A stretch of 64,000 bases of DNA, taken from Tubiluchus corallicola. Its lineage: Eukaryota; Animalia; Priapulida. Position numbers and translations under genes: made by a program. The DNA lies in assembly GCA_030141605.1 (NCBI GenBank), contig JAQGDQ010000413.1, positions 62,001 through 126,000 of the forward strand, read 5' to 3'. The notes beneath the pieces were generated by a model, which worked only from the letters and a program-made list of their open reading frames with translations, was not told the origin of the DNA and did no database searches. Of the stretch, positions 25,221 to 39,014 are shown piece after piece (the first letter of the stretch is position 1; every line of letters starts with the position of its first letter).

Positions 25221-28129
25221 GTTTGCTTTTTTATAGAAGGAGTTAGAGCTTAATTAGCGTTTATATATTTCACCGAAAACAAGTTGAATGTTATTTTTCC
25301 ATACGGCAAAAACTTTGCGAAATATTTTGCGGGAGTTCAAATATTTCTAATCATAATAGAAGTTAACATTCCTCTCTTTCTTGCCCCGAATAACTGTAAT
25401 AACACATTCGATCTACATTAAACTTTGGTGAATTAGTCATTATTAGTGAGATACGCCGTTCTGATTTGGCATAATGTTTATCCAGCACATTAACAAACTA
25501 CACACCTTGTTTTCATAACAATTTATAAAGTCATTAACGAAAATTTAAGTCAAATTAAACAACAGGTAAACAAAACATGTATGTTGCTTTTAAACAGACC
25601 TTACTCTTTTCTCGAATGAATGTTATTTATTCTCATAACCATTGTTTTACTATAGCCAACAGGCAAACTAACAAACTAACAAACTAATTAAATAAAATAA
25701 ACAAACAAGTATGCAGACAAACAAACTATAAAGCAAGTAAACAAGCAAATAAACAAACAAAGCACTGATATCGACTGAAAAGTCAAACTTTATGGTTTAC
25801 TTCACAAGCTGGACTAGCAATACGTGCACATTTGTAAAGCTTAGGTTAAATTTGTCCTAAATCAATCAGTCGGTCAATCAGTCAGTTACACGATACGTAT
25901 TTTTGCATGTACGGCATAGGGAATTTATACTGCCGCCATTTTCACTAGTCCCTAGGTGACAAAAATAAACTATCACAAGTAGCTGTATAGAGAGAACATT
26001 GTGACAGTTATCTGACAGACGAGCTAGTAATATGGCCTGTCGGTATCCTCATGTCAGATGTTCTGTTCTTCAAGTAACCCTTGATGGGTTCAAGATGTAT
26101 CTGGTAAGCAGTTGGGGGCAGTTCCAGCAAAAACGGTTGCCCAGAACACGGTTGGAAATGACGCAACCTGTCCTGAGATTTTTGACAGTCTCATCACTGC
26201 CATCAATGGCACCTTGACAAACATGGAGTTACGTAAAACCAGTTATGTACAATTCGGTAATTTGTGTAAGTGTACGTCCTGTAGGAGGGTTGCAGAAAAT
26301 GTCTAATTTGCCATGTAACAGGCGTGTTTTGGAAAACATTCTCCAGTAGGTTATTATTTCAGCTATTACTGCATGCATGTACACAGTCCTGTTGACAGTT
26401 GCCATTCGAGGTTGAACGTAAAGTTCTGCCAAGTTCAGATTTTTATCTGCAACTCAAATTGCTGTTGAGGTTATAAGTTTGCTTTTTAGTTCACAAACAC
26501 GGCTGTGTGTTGTTTTCTGTTTTGAGCTTTGTTACAAATCGCAAACAACAGGCCTAGACGTAGGCACAGGGTTTTCATCCTTATGACATACTGGCGTTTG
26601 ACAAGGCTGCGCTCTGTTACCTGTCCTTTTTGATATATTTATTTCAACACATGCGTATAACTTGCTAAACTGCACAAAGGATCCAATTTTTTCACATTTC
26701 TGAAATAGCCCGTCTCATCAAACTACGAATATTATTAGGTGTTGTTAGTTAAATTTTAGTAATGAGAAGCCATACACATACCAAATATTTTACTATATAG
26801 TTGACTGAGTTAAAAGCGCTGTGTAAAACAAGACTTTGTTTCATCGAAATTGCGCATTAGTACGAATTCGTCAATTTCAACTGCACTCAAAATCTATGAA
26901 AAGCTGTAAAAACACGAATGAAAGTGAATTTTTCTACATAATTATAACTTGTCTATAGATTCATATAACTACTAAAGTGTATGTTAAAAATAATGGAATC
27001 TCGACTTTATGTTGAAATGAGGGTAGTTTCAGAAGCAAAAGCAGAGAAGCACCGTGTAGTTAATAGTTGACATATAAATATATATCTAATTATATGATTC
27101 CTTAACGAATTGTAAAGAGAATAAATGGTGCATGAGTCCACGATGTTAACTAAATACCCATAGATGGTTCTTAATTTTATTTTCCTGAAGTGATGCAGAA
27201 TGTAGCTCGGGATTTAGCTGACCTGAGGCGGCTAACAGAGGGCTTCCAGTCTGGGAACTTGCTAGGATACGTGGCGATATTAATCCAGGCGGTTCGACTG
27301 AGGATTTAAAACCTCTGTGGTGTAGATAATCCAAGCGGATTACGCAGCTTTGACGAGTGAAAACAAATAACTTCTGCTGCATAGGTACCGACTCAGCATG
27401 CGTCTTGTTTCGGAGGATTTCCGTTCGTAAGGAGTTAGGAGTTCGTCTGGACATTGCGTATAATCTTGTTCATGTTGGCAAAACTCTCGCCGGACACTGG
27501 CTGTAAATATGTTAGTCTGTGTAACTAGATTATATAAGAACACTTGACATGTGTGTGAAACAACAGTCGCGTGTCAGGAATAGCTAAAGAGCTCATCAGA
27601 CCATTAGTCGACACTTCCTGCAAGTACAACTGTAGATTAGATCTGTTGTGCAAAATACAGACGCCCGGGCAGTAATCAACCAAAAGATTTTGTCAGCACT
27701 TTAAAGCGTTAAACAGAAACTGCGTTTGTCATTTTAATTATTAGACATGATATGATTACTAAGGAGTTACATTACTACGACAGTTTTCTGATAATTTTTT
27801 TCAAAATGTGCCTTTTATTATATACAGGCACTGTATATACTATACTGTACATACTATATATGTACAGGCAATTCATATCGACAAGAAATTGTTAGAGAAA
27901 AGGGCAAATTTTTAATCCATATACTTCGAACAGTTTCTTGCCTTTTACTTTAGTTTATAAAACTGATTTTTTGTCTGTTTTCTACTTAAACAACTTAAAT
28001 ATTGGTCATTTCTAAAATGTTAGTTAGTTAGTTAGTGAGTTAGTTAGTGAGTAAGTTAACTAAAATGACTGAACTAAACTGACCGGATTATTGACATGGA
28101 GTATTAAAAAAGTGAGCAAAACATTGGCA

Positions 28130-28410
28130 TAAGTAACAGCAACAGTGGTAGAGGCAGAAGCGACAATTACAACAACAGTAACAGTGATAGCGACAATGGA
28201 ATGGCAACGTTGACTATGACAACAGCAGCAACAACATTAAGCATAATTGGAGTACCAACACCAATAGTAACAACAAGAATAACGAAACAGCAACAGGAGC
28301 CACACAACAGTAATAACAATAGGAAAGAAACGAAAATAGCCACAGTGGCAGTACGAATGGTAATATTGACATTGATGATGACAACAGCAACAGCAACATT
28401 AAGCACAACA
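28130..28410. repeat. Low-complexity (CAA/CAG)-rich tract with internal duplication
   Basis: ATGACAACAGCAxCAxCAACATTAAGCA occurs twice, about 160 bp apart. Explains three overlapping ORFs. Confidence 0.6.
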
Positions 28411-29424
28411 TGTAGCAGAAAAGCTCACAATGAACCACTTTTCCATATAACCAAGTTTGTGGAATTTGGCATCTTTTCAAAATTTCTCTCTTTTGACAAC
28501 TGTTTTTCTTGTTCAAGATTTCGTGTTTGATTCAGCTTTTTCTACGTCTTAAGGTGGAAGAATCTACTGAAGACATACGATCGAAGATGGACAACTCTAA
28601 CTTGTCTGTTCGTTGTCTAATGCGCTTTGGATCCTTCAAAAACAGTTTGAAATTGAATATTATTTAGCGGACAGCATGTGTGCTGCATGGGATGTCCATA
28701 TGTCTGACTGACACTTCCTAAACTTGTATGACATTTATTATGGTACGTGGCATTACATAACGTGTTTATTCTGGGCTGGGACACACGCCATTAAGACATT
28801 ATCTTGTCCAGATATTCGGGCTGGCATCAGTATCAGCCTTGTTTGGCATCTTTTGTAAGAATTAAGCAAAACAGCAAAAAAGTATGAAACAGTAGTTTAC
28901 ACTTAACTTGTTTCTGTTTAGTCTTTTACTTGGTCTTGCAGGAGATTCTTTTTTCATTTCGTTTTGTACGCTGACACATCCGTGTGAGGTAACTTCTGTG
29001 CACTCAGTCAAGGAACATGCAAGAAAGTACACGTTAGTGGTACATAAAAATTAAGTGTCAGACGCCTTTAAAAGTTGATTTGAAGAGGATACATGAGACT
29101 GTCAATATTGCTATTCGTGCGGACCAATGTGAACGTACAAGTACTAGGCTTCAAAATTAAATTTCACGAAGTAGCTGAACTCAACATCAAAAATGCAGCT
29201 ATCGGCATTCAGAAATTTCAAGATCCAGCAATAAACCAATGTTGATGTACCAGTGTTGGGATTAAGAACGAAATTTTTAAAGCTATCAGTATTTTAAAAT
29301 TTTATGAGCATCAGTATTACGACTCCAAATTGAATTTCAAGATGTAGCTGAAACATGTTGAGAAGGAACCTTGAACGAAACAAGTGTATAACTATTAAAT
29401 TAAGGACAAATTAGCACAAATTAA

Positions 29425-29547
29425 GAGTTTTCATTAGACGTTTTTGAGTGCTTTTGCAAGCAACAAGCTTTGTTAATAATTACACGTGTTACGAGTGTGG
29501 ATGCTTTTAGACTGAGTTGGTATTACGCTATGTAATGTATGTGAAAA
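29425..29547 (+). repeat. Dispersed duplication, copy 1 (partner at 32646-32836)
   Basis: GAGTTTTCATTAGACGTTTTTGA...TACACGTGTTAC.AGTGTGGATGCTTTTAGACTGAGTTGGTATTAC is shared by both loci. Confidence 0.85.
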
Positions 29548-32139
29548 AAATTGAATTGAAAAAAATTGATTTGAACTGATGCTGTAATCTTTATGGTCAC
29601 GTGTTCTCATTCTTAGCAGTGATAAAATCGTTTGTAGGTCTTTTCTATGTCTGGAAAACAGCTGGTCTACAATACTGCAACCTATTTTTGGCAAATCAAC
29701 GTGCTTAATATTGCACGAAAATTTTGTTGAAGAATTTTGAGCGAATTTGTTGCATTACAATAGCTTGAACAATGTATAAATGAATTCTGGATCCCAAGAT
29801 TCAGTTCAACAATGCGTCAATGTGCATTGTTAGGATTCCATGGGCTGAGATTACGAGTGGTAATTAATATTACACCATCACTCAGTCAAGAACTAATCAG
29901 GCTAGGAACGAAAATGACCGGTCTGGTGATGAAAGTATCTTGCCTCAGAGGTTTAAAGGGAGACAGTTGGGCGGCCGAGGCAGAGATAACAAGCTTAAGA
30001 CAAGGATAATCTCATGACAATACAATGTTGTCAGAGTTTGGTCCGAATAAGTAGGTTTAAGTAGCTGCCGAACAATGGCTGCAGTGTGGCCATGTGAAAT
30101 GACCAGCCCTTCAGATAATTTTTCCATTTATCCTCTAAACTTGTTGGGTAGGATCCGTATAAATTGCTCGTCAAAGGATGGAGACAAGTGTCATCAAGCA
30201 GCATTAGTTATTCTACGGAATCAGTGGACATTCGGGGTGAACAGCCATTCGTGACGTCATTAGATTGAAGACAGCATGCATTGTGCAAGCTGATGAATGT
30301 TGTAACGTTACATAAATCCTTCCTTTCTTTTATTTAAGGCAAATCGTGCATAAAAATTGTCAACGTTCCCTGGGCCGAAGTCTCAGAATGGAGCAATTTT
30401 CCAGGTTTATGATAACACGTTTGATTTACATTATTAAACTAGCATCATCGTTGGAGCCATTATTAGTGAAATACGCAGTTAATATGCTTACCCAGCACAT
30501 TATGGAACTCTACACCTAGATTATCATAACAATTTTTAAAGCCATTAACGAACATACGAGTCAGATAAACCGGATTATTAATGTTATCAAATGTTGAAAA
30601 TGTTCTATATTTATAGAGCAAGTTTTTGTTTATTACTTTTTTGATACTCAGTTTGTTAAAAAATTTGTTAAAAACAGATATCATAGATGCCATATGATTA
30701 TTCAATTCTGGTTCACCTTTAGCACAGTTCACACACAAACTTCTAAAACAAGCATTGTATAATGAGTGAATTGTATGATTTTGCAATATGGGCATTTTCA
30801 CAAATACCTGAATAAAATTGTGAATTTTTTTTGAGAAAAAATATTTAACAGAGCCAACCTGTATAGTAATTTCGTAGATTTATTGTAAAAATCATTTTGC
30901 AGAAGTAAGTCTTAGTACAAAACCATTGTCTGTCATACGTTTCTTCAGTTTTATCCATGTGATCTCTTTCTTTGAAAGTACATCGTGTGAATTTTAAACT
31001 CGCAGGCATATATGTTCCTGTATGAGTTTAGGTCATAATGAGGCTGTTGCAGTAATAAAACTAGCTAGTCGAACATAAATTATCACCTGGTTTAGCCTGT
31101 CGGTGAATGAAAAAAAATGAAACGAATTTTATCACCCCCAGGGCGTGAAGGCGCAACTCAAGCCTTTCTCCGTAAAGAACTACTTTGCCATTAATGTAAT
31201 TTTACGTATTAATACGCCATAGTGATTTACCAGGCAGGCATTTTCAAAGCTGCTCCAAATCTAAATTTTAATAAATTCCTGACAGCATGAAGAGCTCGAC
31301 TGTAGCTCTGTTGCAGTACAAACTAAAATCCACACTCGCCCTCTGGCCTGTCTCTTGCACTCCTTAACTCTATACACTTGAAGTGTTTAAAGCCGAAAAA
31401 AGCGCATTATTATCACTGTACTGCGGCCCGTAATTAATCCGCTGTGTAAATGTTTTCATTAAAACTTCAGCCAAACTCGCCGCTTCTACTAGAAGTGCAT
31501 GAAGATCAACACGAATCAATGGGACGCTACGGATGGTTGTTGTTATTTCTGTACAGGTCAGTCTAGTACCGCATACCTTTGCTTGTTAAAGGAACGTGTC
31601 TACTCTCTGTGCTAACACCTTCACACAGAGCAAAACAACTAATCTTATGTTTATTTGATAAACTGCCTACATTCAGTATTTTAGCTTTGTAGCTAAGTGC
31701 GGCTAGGCGTTGTGTACGGAATGCGGGCGCTGAAGTAAGACACACAAAGCATACACACTTTTCATGTGTTTTTTTAAACACATTACTTACCTATACTTGG
31801 CGGTTTGCATCGCAATTTTATTCATCAAGCGATTGAATCACGTGAAACAGCTCAAAGCTCAAATAAAAATTAGGCCAATGTGTAATCGTGCTGCAATTTG
31901 CAGTTCTGTGAACACTTTACCGGGGATTGATGTTTGTTTAGTTTTTCAGTGGTGATGATGATGGTGATAATGCTGAAGATGGTGATAGGGGTGGTGGCGA
32001 CAGTTTCAGTGTCAGTGTCCGTGGCAGTGTCAGTGGCAGTGGTAGGATTGATATAATGGCAATATCAGGACTGTCTAAATCAATTTTGAGACGGTGGTAG
32101 TCTGGTGGATGATGCTGGACATGGTTGTAGAACGTGAAG

Positions 32140-32292
32140 GTGATGATGATGATGATAATGATAATGATTATGATAATGATAACAATTATAACGATAATGA
32201 TGATGGTTATAACAACAATGATGATGATGATGATGATTATGATTATGATAATGATAACAATGATAACGATAATGATGATGATTATAACAACA

Positions 32293-32339
<47 letters not shown>

Positions 32340-32379
32340 AATGATAATGATAATGATAATGATAATGATAATGATAATG

Positions 32380-32420
<41 letters not shown>
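32140..32420. repeat. (GAT)n/(GATAAT)n/(AAT)n microsatellite at a SINE tail
   Basis: Seen directly. Confidence 0.95.
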
Positions 32421-32620
32421 TTCGCTTAGGACATAGTCCAATGATAACACCTTAGGTAACTGAGTACTTATTTCCAAGGTGGTCCCGATTATTATTACCC
32501 TAATGTTATTTCGATAAACCTAGATCGAAGAAGCAGCTGTACCGTTTTTTAAGTCTTTGGTATGACTCGGTCGAGAGTTGAACCCACGACCTTTGGTGGG
32601 AAAAGGAGTAATGCCACCGG
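32421..32620 (-). mobile_element. Second tRNA-derived SINE, same core but different 3' tail
   Basis: Minus strand reads GGTCGTGGGTTCAACTC (B-box), GTCATACCAAAGACTTAAAAAACGGTAC (core), tail GGACCACCTTGGAAATAAG...CCTAAGCGAA, then (ATT)n. Confidence 0.75.
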
Positions 32621-32645
32621 TGCAATATAACATTAATGTTGTAAG

Positions 32646-32836
32646 GAGTTTTCATTAGACGTTTTTGAATGCTTTTGCAAGTAACAAGTTTGTTAATTAT
32701 TAATTACATTAATTAATTAACTATTATTACATTATTAATTAATTATTAATTATTAAGTACAAGTATTAATTACACGTGTTACAAGTGTGGATGCTTTTAG
32801 ACTGAGTTGGTATTACTTTATGTAAAGTATGTGAAA
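32646..32836 (+). repeat. Dispersed duplication, copy 2, with an internal AT-rich expansion
   Basis: Matches 29425-29547 but has about 70 bp of extra ATTAATT-rich sequence at about 32697-32768. Confidence 0.85.
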
Positions 32837-33059
32837 TAAACTGATTTAACTTGAACTTTCTGCTTCATCAAATGAGAACAGCAAGCTAATGTGCTGTGTG
32901 CGCGAAATAGCTAACAGTTTAATATCATTAGTGTCATTTTGGGAAGACTGTGCTAATGTTGTTGACATTCCTTTCCTGCAATCTCTGGAGTTGCCTTCAA
33001 AACAACAAAGCCAACAGCCTCCTTGCTCGCAAGCTGCTCACAATAGCAACGCTGATTCT

Positions 33060-33260
33060 ACTAAAGCCCCGCCCACACGCCACTCACGGCCGTGGGCGTA
33101 ACCGACTTCACACCGCTGCCGTACACGTAGCGCCCCCTCAGCATGTGTTTGACAAGGATTTCTATTGGTTGTACAAAATCACCGCTGTCATGTTAGCACC
33201 ACTCACGCACGCTAGACACCTTGTTACTGTATATGTATTACAAGGAATTGCTTAGTCGAA
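33060..33260 (+). promoter_or_regulatory. Candidate Irx proximal promoter
   Basis: Locally GC/CpG-rich patch 220-420 bp upstream of the ATG. It has a GC box GCCCCGCCC (33066-33074), CTCF-like AGCGCCCCCTCAG (33129-33141), inverted CCAAT (33164-33168) and Inr-like TTAGTC (33252-33257). Confidence 0.55.
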
Positions 33261-33476
33261 CTTTTTTGATCAGGTTAATTTTGTCCTCGATACATGGAAA
33301 ATTATTGTTCGTTCGTTTGAAGTGTTGGGACACGCAAATCTCCCTCTTTACCTGCGTTTTGTACCTCGGAATCCCGCTTTGATTATGCGTGACGTATTAA
33401 TAAACGTTGTGATATAAATATTCGTTTGAAACTGATACTGAAATACGACTTTCGAAAGGTTGAAGTGCGTGGGAGT

Positions 33477-33536
33477 ATGTCGACGTTTCCGCAATTCGGG
33501 TTCCCTTTCGTACCGACGACGACGCCTAATTCTCAG
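33477..33536 (+). CDS. Irx: Iroquois homeobox gene, coding exon 1 (MSTFPQFGFPFVPTTTPNSQ)
   Basis: ATG at 33477 followed by 20 codons resembling the Irx N-terminal MSFPQFGYP motif. Ends at donor CAG|GTATCT, phase 0, compatible with exon 2. Confidence 0.88.
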
Positions 33537-34409
33537 GTATCTTCTGTTTATCCGTTTAACATAAAATATTCATAGGCTGACGGTTTCAATGCTCAGTGTA
33601 CCAGACATGAGCATGTGCATTAAGATCATCCTTCCTTGTCTTTATACCATACATAATATTATAATATAATATAAGATCAGCCTTACTGTGTCTATATTAT
33701 TGAACTTGTATTAATTAATTTGAGCTATTTGATCGATTATTTGTAAATCGATTAAACTGACTGATATTTCTTTTATAAGTGTGCTCTGTTTTCGGAATGC
33801 ACAATATACAATTAACGTATTTTAATAGACCTGAAAATGTTCGATCGAAAATAATATTATTTAAAAACCAATTATCGATACATTCGCATAACTGCAGTTA
33901 TTCGTAATGTATTTGCTTTTACTACATTTTATCATTATGTTAATAGAACCTTAACCAATAAGGCAATTTTAGGGGACTTATTTATTGCAATAATTTTAAA
34001 ATAAACGCACTAAGTTAGCAAATATGCAATTAGGTGTGTCTGGTGATTGTGCACGCGTATAGAGCAAAGTACAATTAATTTAGTGTACCGGTAGTATTTA
34101 ATGTCGTACCGTGGCCTATGTTTAAGTAATTATTAAGCCTTAACATTTACTCCAAAACAGTGCATAAATTATTACATTACGATAATTTTATGTTGTTGTA
34201 TAGCACATGTAAAAATGTTATTCTGCGTAAAGGGTGCTGACACTGCACTGTCGAGGAAGTATATGGCCATGCACTGCACATTTATGTCATTATTTACAGC
34301 ATTTTTCTGTGAGAAAAATCTTGACTATGTAGCTTTCACTGGCAGATGGCGGCCCGCATTGCTCCCATAAATCCGTTCATCGGTTTAAACACTTTTATAT
34401 TCTTTACAG

Positions 34410-34649
34410 TTGTTGCCGTCGAGTCAGGCTGCAAGTCCAACTACGTCGTGTTGCGAATCCGGACGTCCGATTATGACGGATCCGACGACGGGTCAGACGG
34501 TTTGTTCTTGTCAGTACGACAGCGCTCGCTTGTTGAGTGCGTATCCTCGAATGGCCGCTGGATTGTCCATGTACGGCTCACCGTATGCTGACCAGACTGG
34601 ATACGTTTCTGCCTTTTCTGGCGACCCGTCGGCATTCTATCCTGCTTTG
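34410..34649 (+). CDS. Irx: Iroquois homeobox gene, exon 2 (conserved CCESGRPIMTDPTTGQTVCSCQY motif)
   Basis: Acceptor TTCTTTACAG|, 80 codons, donor TTG|GTTAGT. The Cys-containing motif is the N-terminal motif of invertebrate Irx and vertebrate Irx4/6-type proteins. Confidence 0.93.
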
Positions 34650-35336
34650 GTTAGTACAGATACCCTTTATGAGTTAAAATTTAACAATAATATTGCATAA
34701 TTACAACTAAAACACTTTTTTTATTTCACCATAGCATGTAGAACTATTGTTTTTGTAGTATAATAAGATTTCATAATTAACAGCCAGCTCAAGGGTCAAC
34801 AACCAGAAATTCTGAATGCACAACCTACGAGAATGTGTCTCTTAAACAAGCAAAATTGCAATGTCTTAAGTCATACCAGCAGTTTTCCAAATTTTGTCAC
34901 GTTTTGCTAATCTACTACATACTTTGCCAAGCCTAAGAATTCCAGCGCCCGAGGCTGCTGTACCACAGTGATATATTTACGTTACATTTTATATGCAAAT
35001 ATGAAACTGCTTGCTTTAATTCGTTATTATAACGTCTATTCTCTTTTTTGAATAAAATTACTGTTCTGAAGACGTGCTTTAACATTATTTGATTCTAGGT
35101 GGACTTGAAAATTGAAATAGCAACATTGTTATTACTTCAATGATGCGATAGTTTACCTTTTCTGAAACCTATATAATTTTTAATTTTACACCTAAGTATT
35201 TAGAGCCGCTATTCAACACCTAATAATTTTTTAAGCTAGAATAAATGTTGGCAATGTCTGAATTTTTTTATTCTTCTTTTTAGGGTTGCCGTTTTATTAT
35301 AAACTTTTTGTGCATGCAGTGAGTGCCACCTATAAT

Positions 35337-35448
35337 ACACACACACACACGCACACATGCACACGTGCGTGTACACACACACACACACACACACGCACGC
35401 ACGCACGCACGCACACGCACACGCACACGCACACGCACACGCACACGC

Positions 35449-35496
<48 letters not shown>
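35337..35496. repeat. (CA)n/(CACG)n/(CACACG)n microsatellite in Irx intron 2
   Basis: Seen directly. Confidence 0.95.
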
Positions 35497-35498
<2 letters not shown>

Positions 35499-36444
35499 TT
35501 GGTGAAGAAGAAATATTCTTGGAAAACAAACAAAATTTGGACAGCGTTTCTACATTGTTTACGTATAAAATATTTTTACAAAAATTAAAGTAAAAATATA
35601 TGGAGTCGATTTGAAAGAAAATTAAGTTAAAACATTATCAAAACTTGTGTTACAGTTAGTATAAAAGAGTAGTTTGTTTGATAAATTACTATTCTTCCGT
35701 TTTCTTTAATCCTGATCTACTAGTTAGCATTGCATAAACCAAAATCACAAAAACTGCATCTGAAATACACAGTTATATATCTAAATACGATATACTATTT
35801 GTGTTATATGAACTCACGCAAACGTTCAAAGCACAAGAATCACCTTTGTTAGTTTTCAAGTATCAAAATATTGGTTATCACGTTTTTGTACATATTTAAT
35901 AACACCGGAAGAATTTTTTACTCTTTTGCAAGCGGCAGTCACTGCGCTAGGAAGTCATTTCCTGTCTAATATTATACGGGTGTGTGAAACAATAGTACAC
36001 ACGTGAACATAAAATTTTTTGTTTTATGTTCAAAGTTCAATAAAAAAAATTGTTTATTGATAATATCTTTATGGGTATAGTAAGCCTATACTGTAAGTTA
36101 AGTTTAAATAAAGAACGCAAATTTATGTCTTACATTCGTGCAGAAAAGAAAACAAAGAAAAAAGAAGAAACAGACAAATGTAACTTGCAAAAGACTCTTG
36201 TTAAGCACATTAACAAAATTAACATTATACTGCATTAATTTCAAAATTAACAATAAGAAACGTAGCTAAATACTTGAGAACTGTTTAGCTATCATTTGTC
36301 ACCGTTTTCTGATATTTATAAAATCTAAGTCAATTTCTCAATCTACCCTAATAATGCATGCCCTTGTTATTAATACTAATAAATAGGGATGTTTCCCTAC
36401 TTATAATGCATGTTAGTTGCTTTTTCTTGACGTATTGCACTAGT

Positions 36445-36640
36445 AGACATAGACATAGACATAGACATAGACATTTTTATTTATCTCCTCATTTACACCT
36501 GTATACAAATTGACTATTATTTTTATAGTTATTGATTAAAAAGGATAAATTAAGCATAAAGTAAAGAGTTAGGGGGGGTGCAGGAGAGAGGGTAGCGAAA
36601 GACCAAAGGTCATCGAGTCAGCTACCCTTCTCAGGTTAGT
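36445..36640 (-). mobile_element. Probable LINE 3' end with stem-loop and (ATGTCT)n tail
   Basis: Inverted repeat GAGAGGGTAGC...GCTACCCTTCTC (36584-36632). The minus strand ends AAATAAAA-(ATGTCT)5. Similar to 42083-42127. Confidence 0.5.
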
Positions 36641-38910
36641 GAAAATTGTAAAAAATTTGTAGTGCTGCTGTTAACATGAATTTATGGGGGGGGGGGGGGT
36701 ACATTAAACATGAAAGCGAAATAACTAAATAAGCAACAAAGAAATAAAATGAAAAATATGAAATGATGATTAACAAAATATGTAAAGCATGTAACTAACC
36801 GATTAAAAAGTATAAGGACGTGAGTTGTTTTAACGTTGAGCATTGATGTATATAAACACTACGAACATATTAAGTTAATGAGAGAAAGCCCTACAGATTG
36901 CACTCCGTTTCTCCGCGTCTGATGCATTGCCCAAAGTCGTGTTGGAAATGTTTAATGTGCAAGCTGAAAACGTAGGTTAGGTTTACACGGGATTCGTGTG
37001 TTGTGCCTGGTAAACTCCATTTTCCCCGTATTCTAACTGTCATTTTGATCTTGTCAGCGCTGTGTGTACACCGAAGGTAAATCAGTTATACTAGGAAGTT
37101 CAAATAAAATTTAAACTTAGAAATAAAAAATTACTAAATGCCACAGATTATTTAGTTAAAGGGAAAGAAATATAAACTGTATAAGAGACAAGAAGACCGT
37201 TTAGTTGCAAAGACGTTAAGCCTAAAACTTATAAGTTACTAGTTCGAATCGACGTTGATTTTCCATACTTTAAATTCTCTTTTTTCAGTGGTAAGTTTTG
37301 ATGTAATATTGAAATTTATCAGAGGTGGATTTCTTCCAGATCAGATAGTAATCCTGAAATTAATATTATGTAAAAATAATTATAAATACGAGTATTTACA
37401 TATGTCAATGTAGCTACAAGCCAAGTAGCAGTTTTTTACTAACTGCTCACCTTGATACAAAAACGTTTGAGGCCCGGAACTGAACTGAGCACGCAGACAG
37501 CCTTACTTTGGTTGTCAACGTTAGCTTTCGTTTTTGTAACGAGTTTTTTTTTCATTATAACTTTGTTCTTTCCGTTGTAATTTCTTGTCAGTGTCAAAGT
37601 GCAGTTTTAAAACGATACAAGGCGTGCCTTTAAGGTGCCTGAATTTGAACTGGGTGTGAATTATTATTCTAGCCGGAGCGTACTGCCGTTATTGATTGGT
37701 TATTGGCGTGCTAAGTTGCACTGATGATGTGACTACCGCGGTTATACATATTTAACGCTAAGCTCTTACTGATTGTGTGCTAGGCTGCTCAGATTATGCA
37801 GCAGTTTAGATATCACCGGTTCATACATCTGTTAGAGTCGAGAAAAAGGAAGAAATAAGTCGAACTGCAGTGAAATAGATGTCGCTTTTGTCAAATTGAT
37901 CGAAGCTTATTCCCTTAACAGTGCTGAATCAATTTCTTTTCGTTTTCTACTGCAATTTTTATCAAAACACACTCAAAAATGCAAATGCGTTAGATTGTAG
38001 TGAAAATTATATATACAGCAAAAACGAAATATGCCAAAAATTTTAAATATGTCAAAAATTTTGACATCAGTAATATTTTTCATTGGGTTTGCCAGCATTA
38101 ATATATTGAGTTATTTAATAATAGCATTTAAATGAAGCATGCAGCGTGAAATTTCAACAGTAGCCATCAGATTATCCAAGCCTAGACAGCAAATTAGTAT
38201 TTAAAAATATTGTTAGGCATATTAGGAATATATGGTCTCGAAATTAAGCAAAATGCAAAGCACAAAAAATGTATTAACCCTGTGTACTGTTTTGTATTTT
38301 TTTACTTTTTTATTGCAAAATGATTATAATTAAAAATACAGTTAATTAATAAATAAATAAATAAATCGCTATTTTTATTTATTAATTAAATAAATACAGT
38401 AAGTTTAACCACATTTATTTTTAAAGTACGTTGCTTTTAAACTGTAGTTCGCGTACTCTATCTTATTTTTTATTTTTTGAAATCCAATGCTTGTCAAAAG
38501 TTATTATTAATATTGTTTCTAATAGAAAACAATGTGAAATACTATAGGGTGTGTATGTATAAATACCAATAAACTGTTATTTTCCATTCGCGTATGTAGA
38601 TATTAGCCTGCTTCACTGTAATATATTATTGCGTGCTAGTTTACGTTTTATATGTATGTATACAATGTACCGACTTGACCTTAGCTAAACAAAAAAAAAC
38701 ATGCTCTTACGAAACACAGGCTTTTTTCGGGCATGCTTGCAAGCACTTGTGCAAATATAATCGCTACACCTTCTCTTTTTCCGCCCTATAAAAATGCCCA
38801 GAACGCTGGCGGGATCTCTTGTTGCTCTGGTTCATTTCGTGTTTTGTTAGCTTGTTGCTGAAACTGAGCCACAGTTTGAGATGTTTTTAAGTTTCTGTTT
38901 ACATTTTTAG

Positions 38911-39014
38911 GGTTTTGACGTTAAAGACGCCGAAGCATGGAGGCTGAGTCAAGCGAGTTTAGCCTATCCGTATGACCCATCTGCAGTAATGGCTGCTTAC
39001 CCCTACGCAGATAG
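38911..39014 (+). CDS. Irx: Iroquois homeobox gene, exon 3 (GFDVKDAEAWRLSQASLAYPYDPSAVMAAYPYAD-R)
   Basis: Acceptor ACATTTTTAG|, donor AG|GTAAGA. The YPYDP...YPY motif is typical of the Irx region before the homeodomain. Phase 0 in, phase 2 out, matching exons 2 and 4. Too short to appear in the ORF track. Confidence 0.9.

Noticed and set aside
26032-26432. Cluster of short ORFs, possibly an exon or LINE C-terminus
   Set aside because: Only a vague SNRV...WN resemblance on the minus strand, with stops in all frames and no supportable call.
30463-30801. 112-aa minus-strand ORF
   Set aside because: AT-rich with no recognisable domain or clear splice context.
34346-34591. ATG-initiated 81-aa ORF or alternative acceptor at 34345
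   Set aside because: It is out of frame with the conserved Irx exon 2 (64 nt upstream) and would lose the Cys motif and homeodomain.
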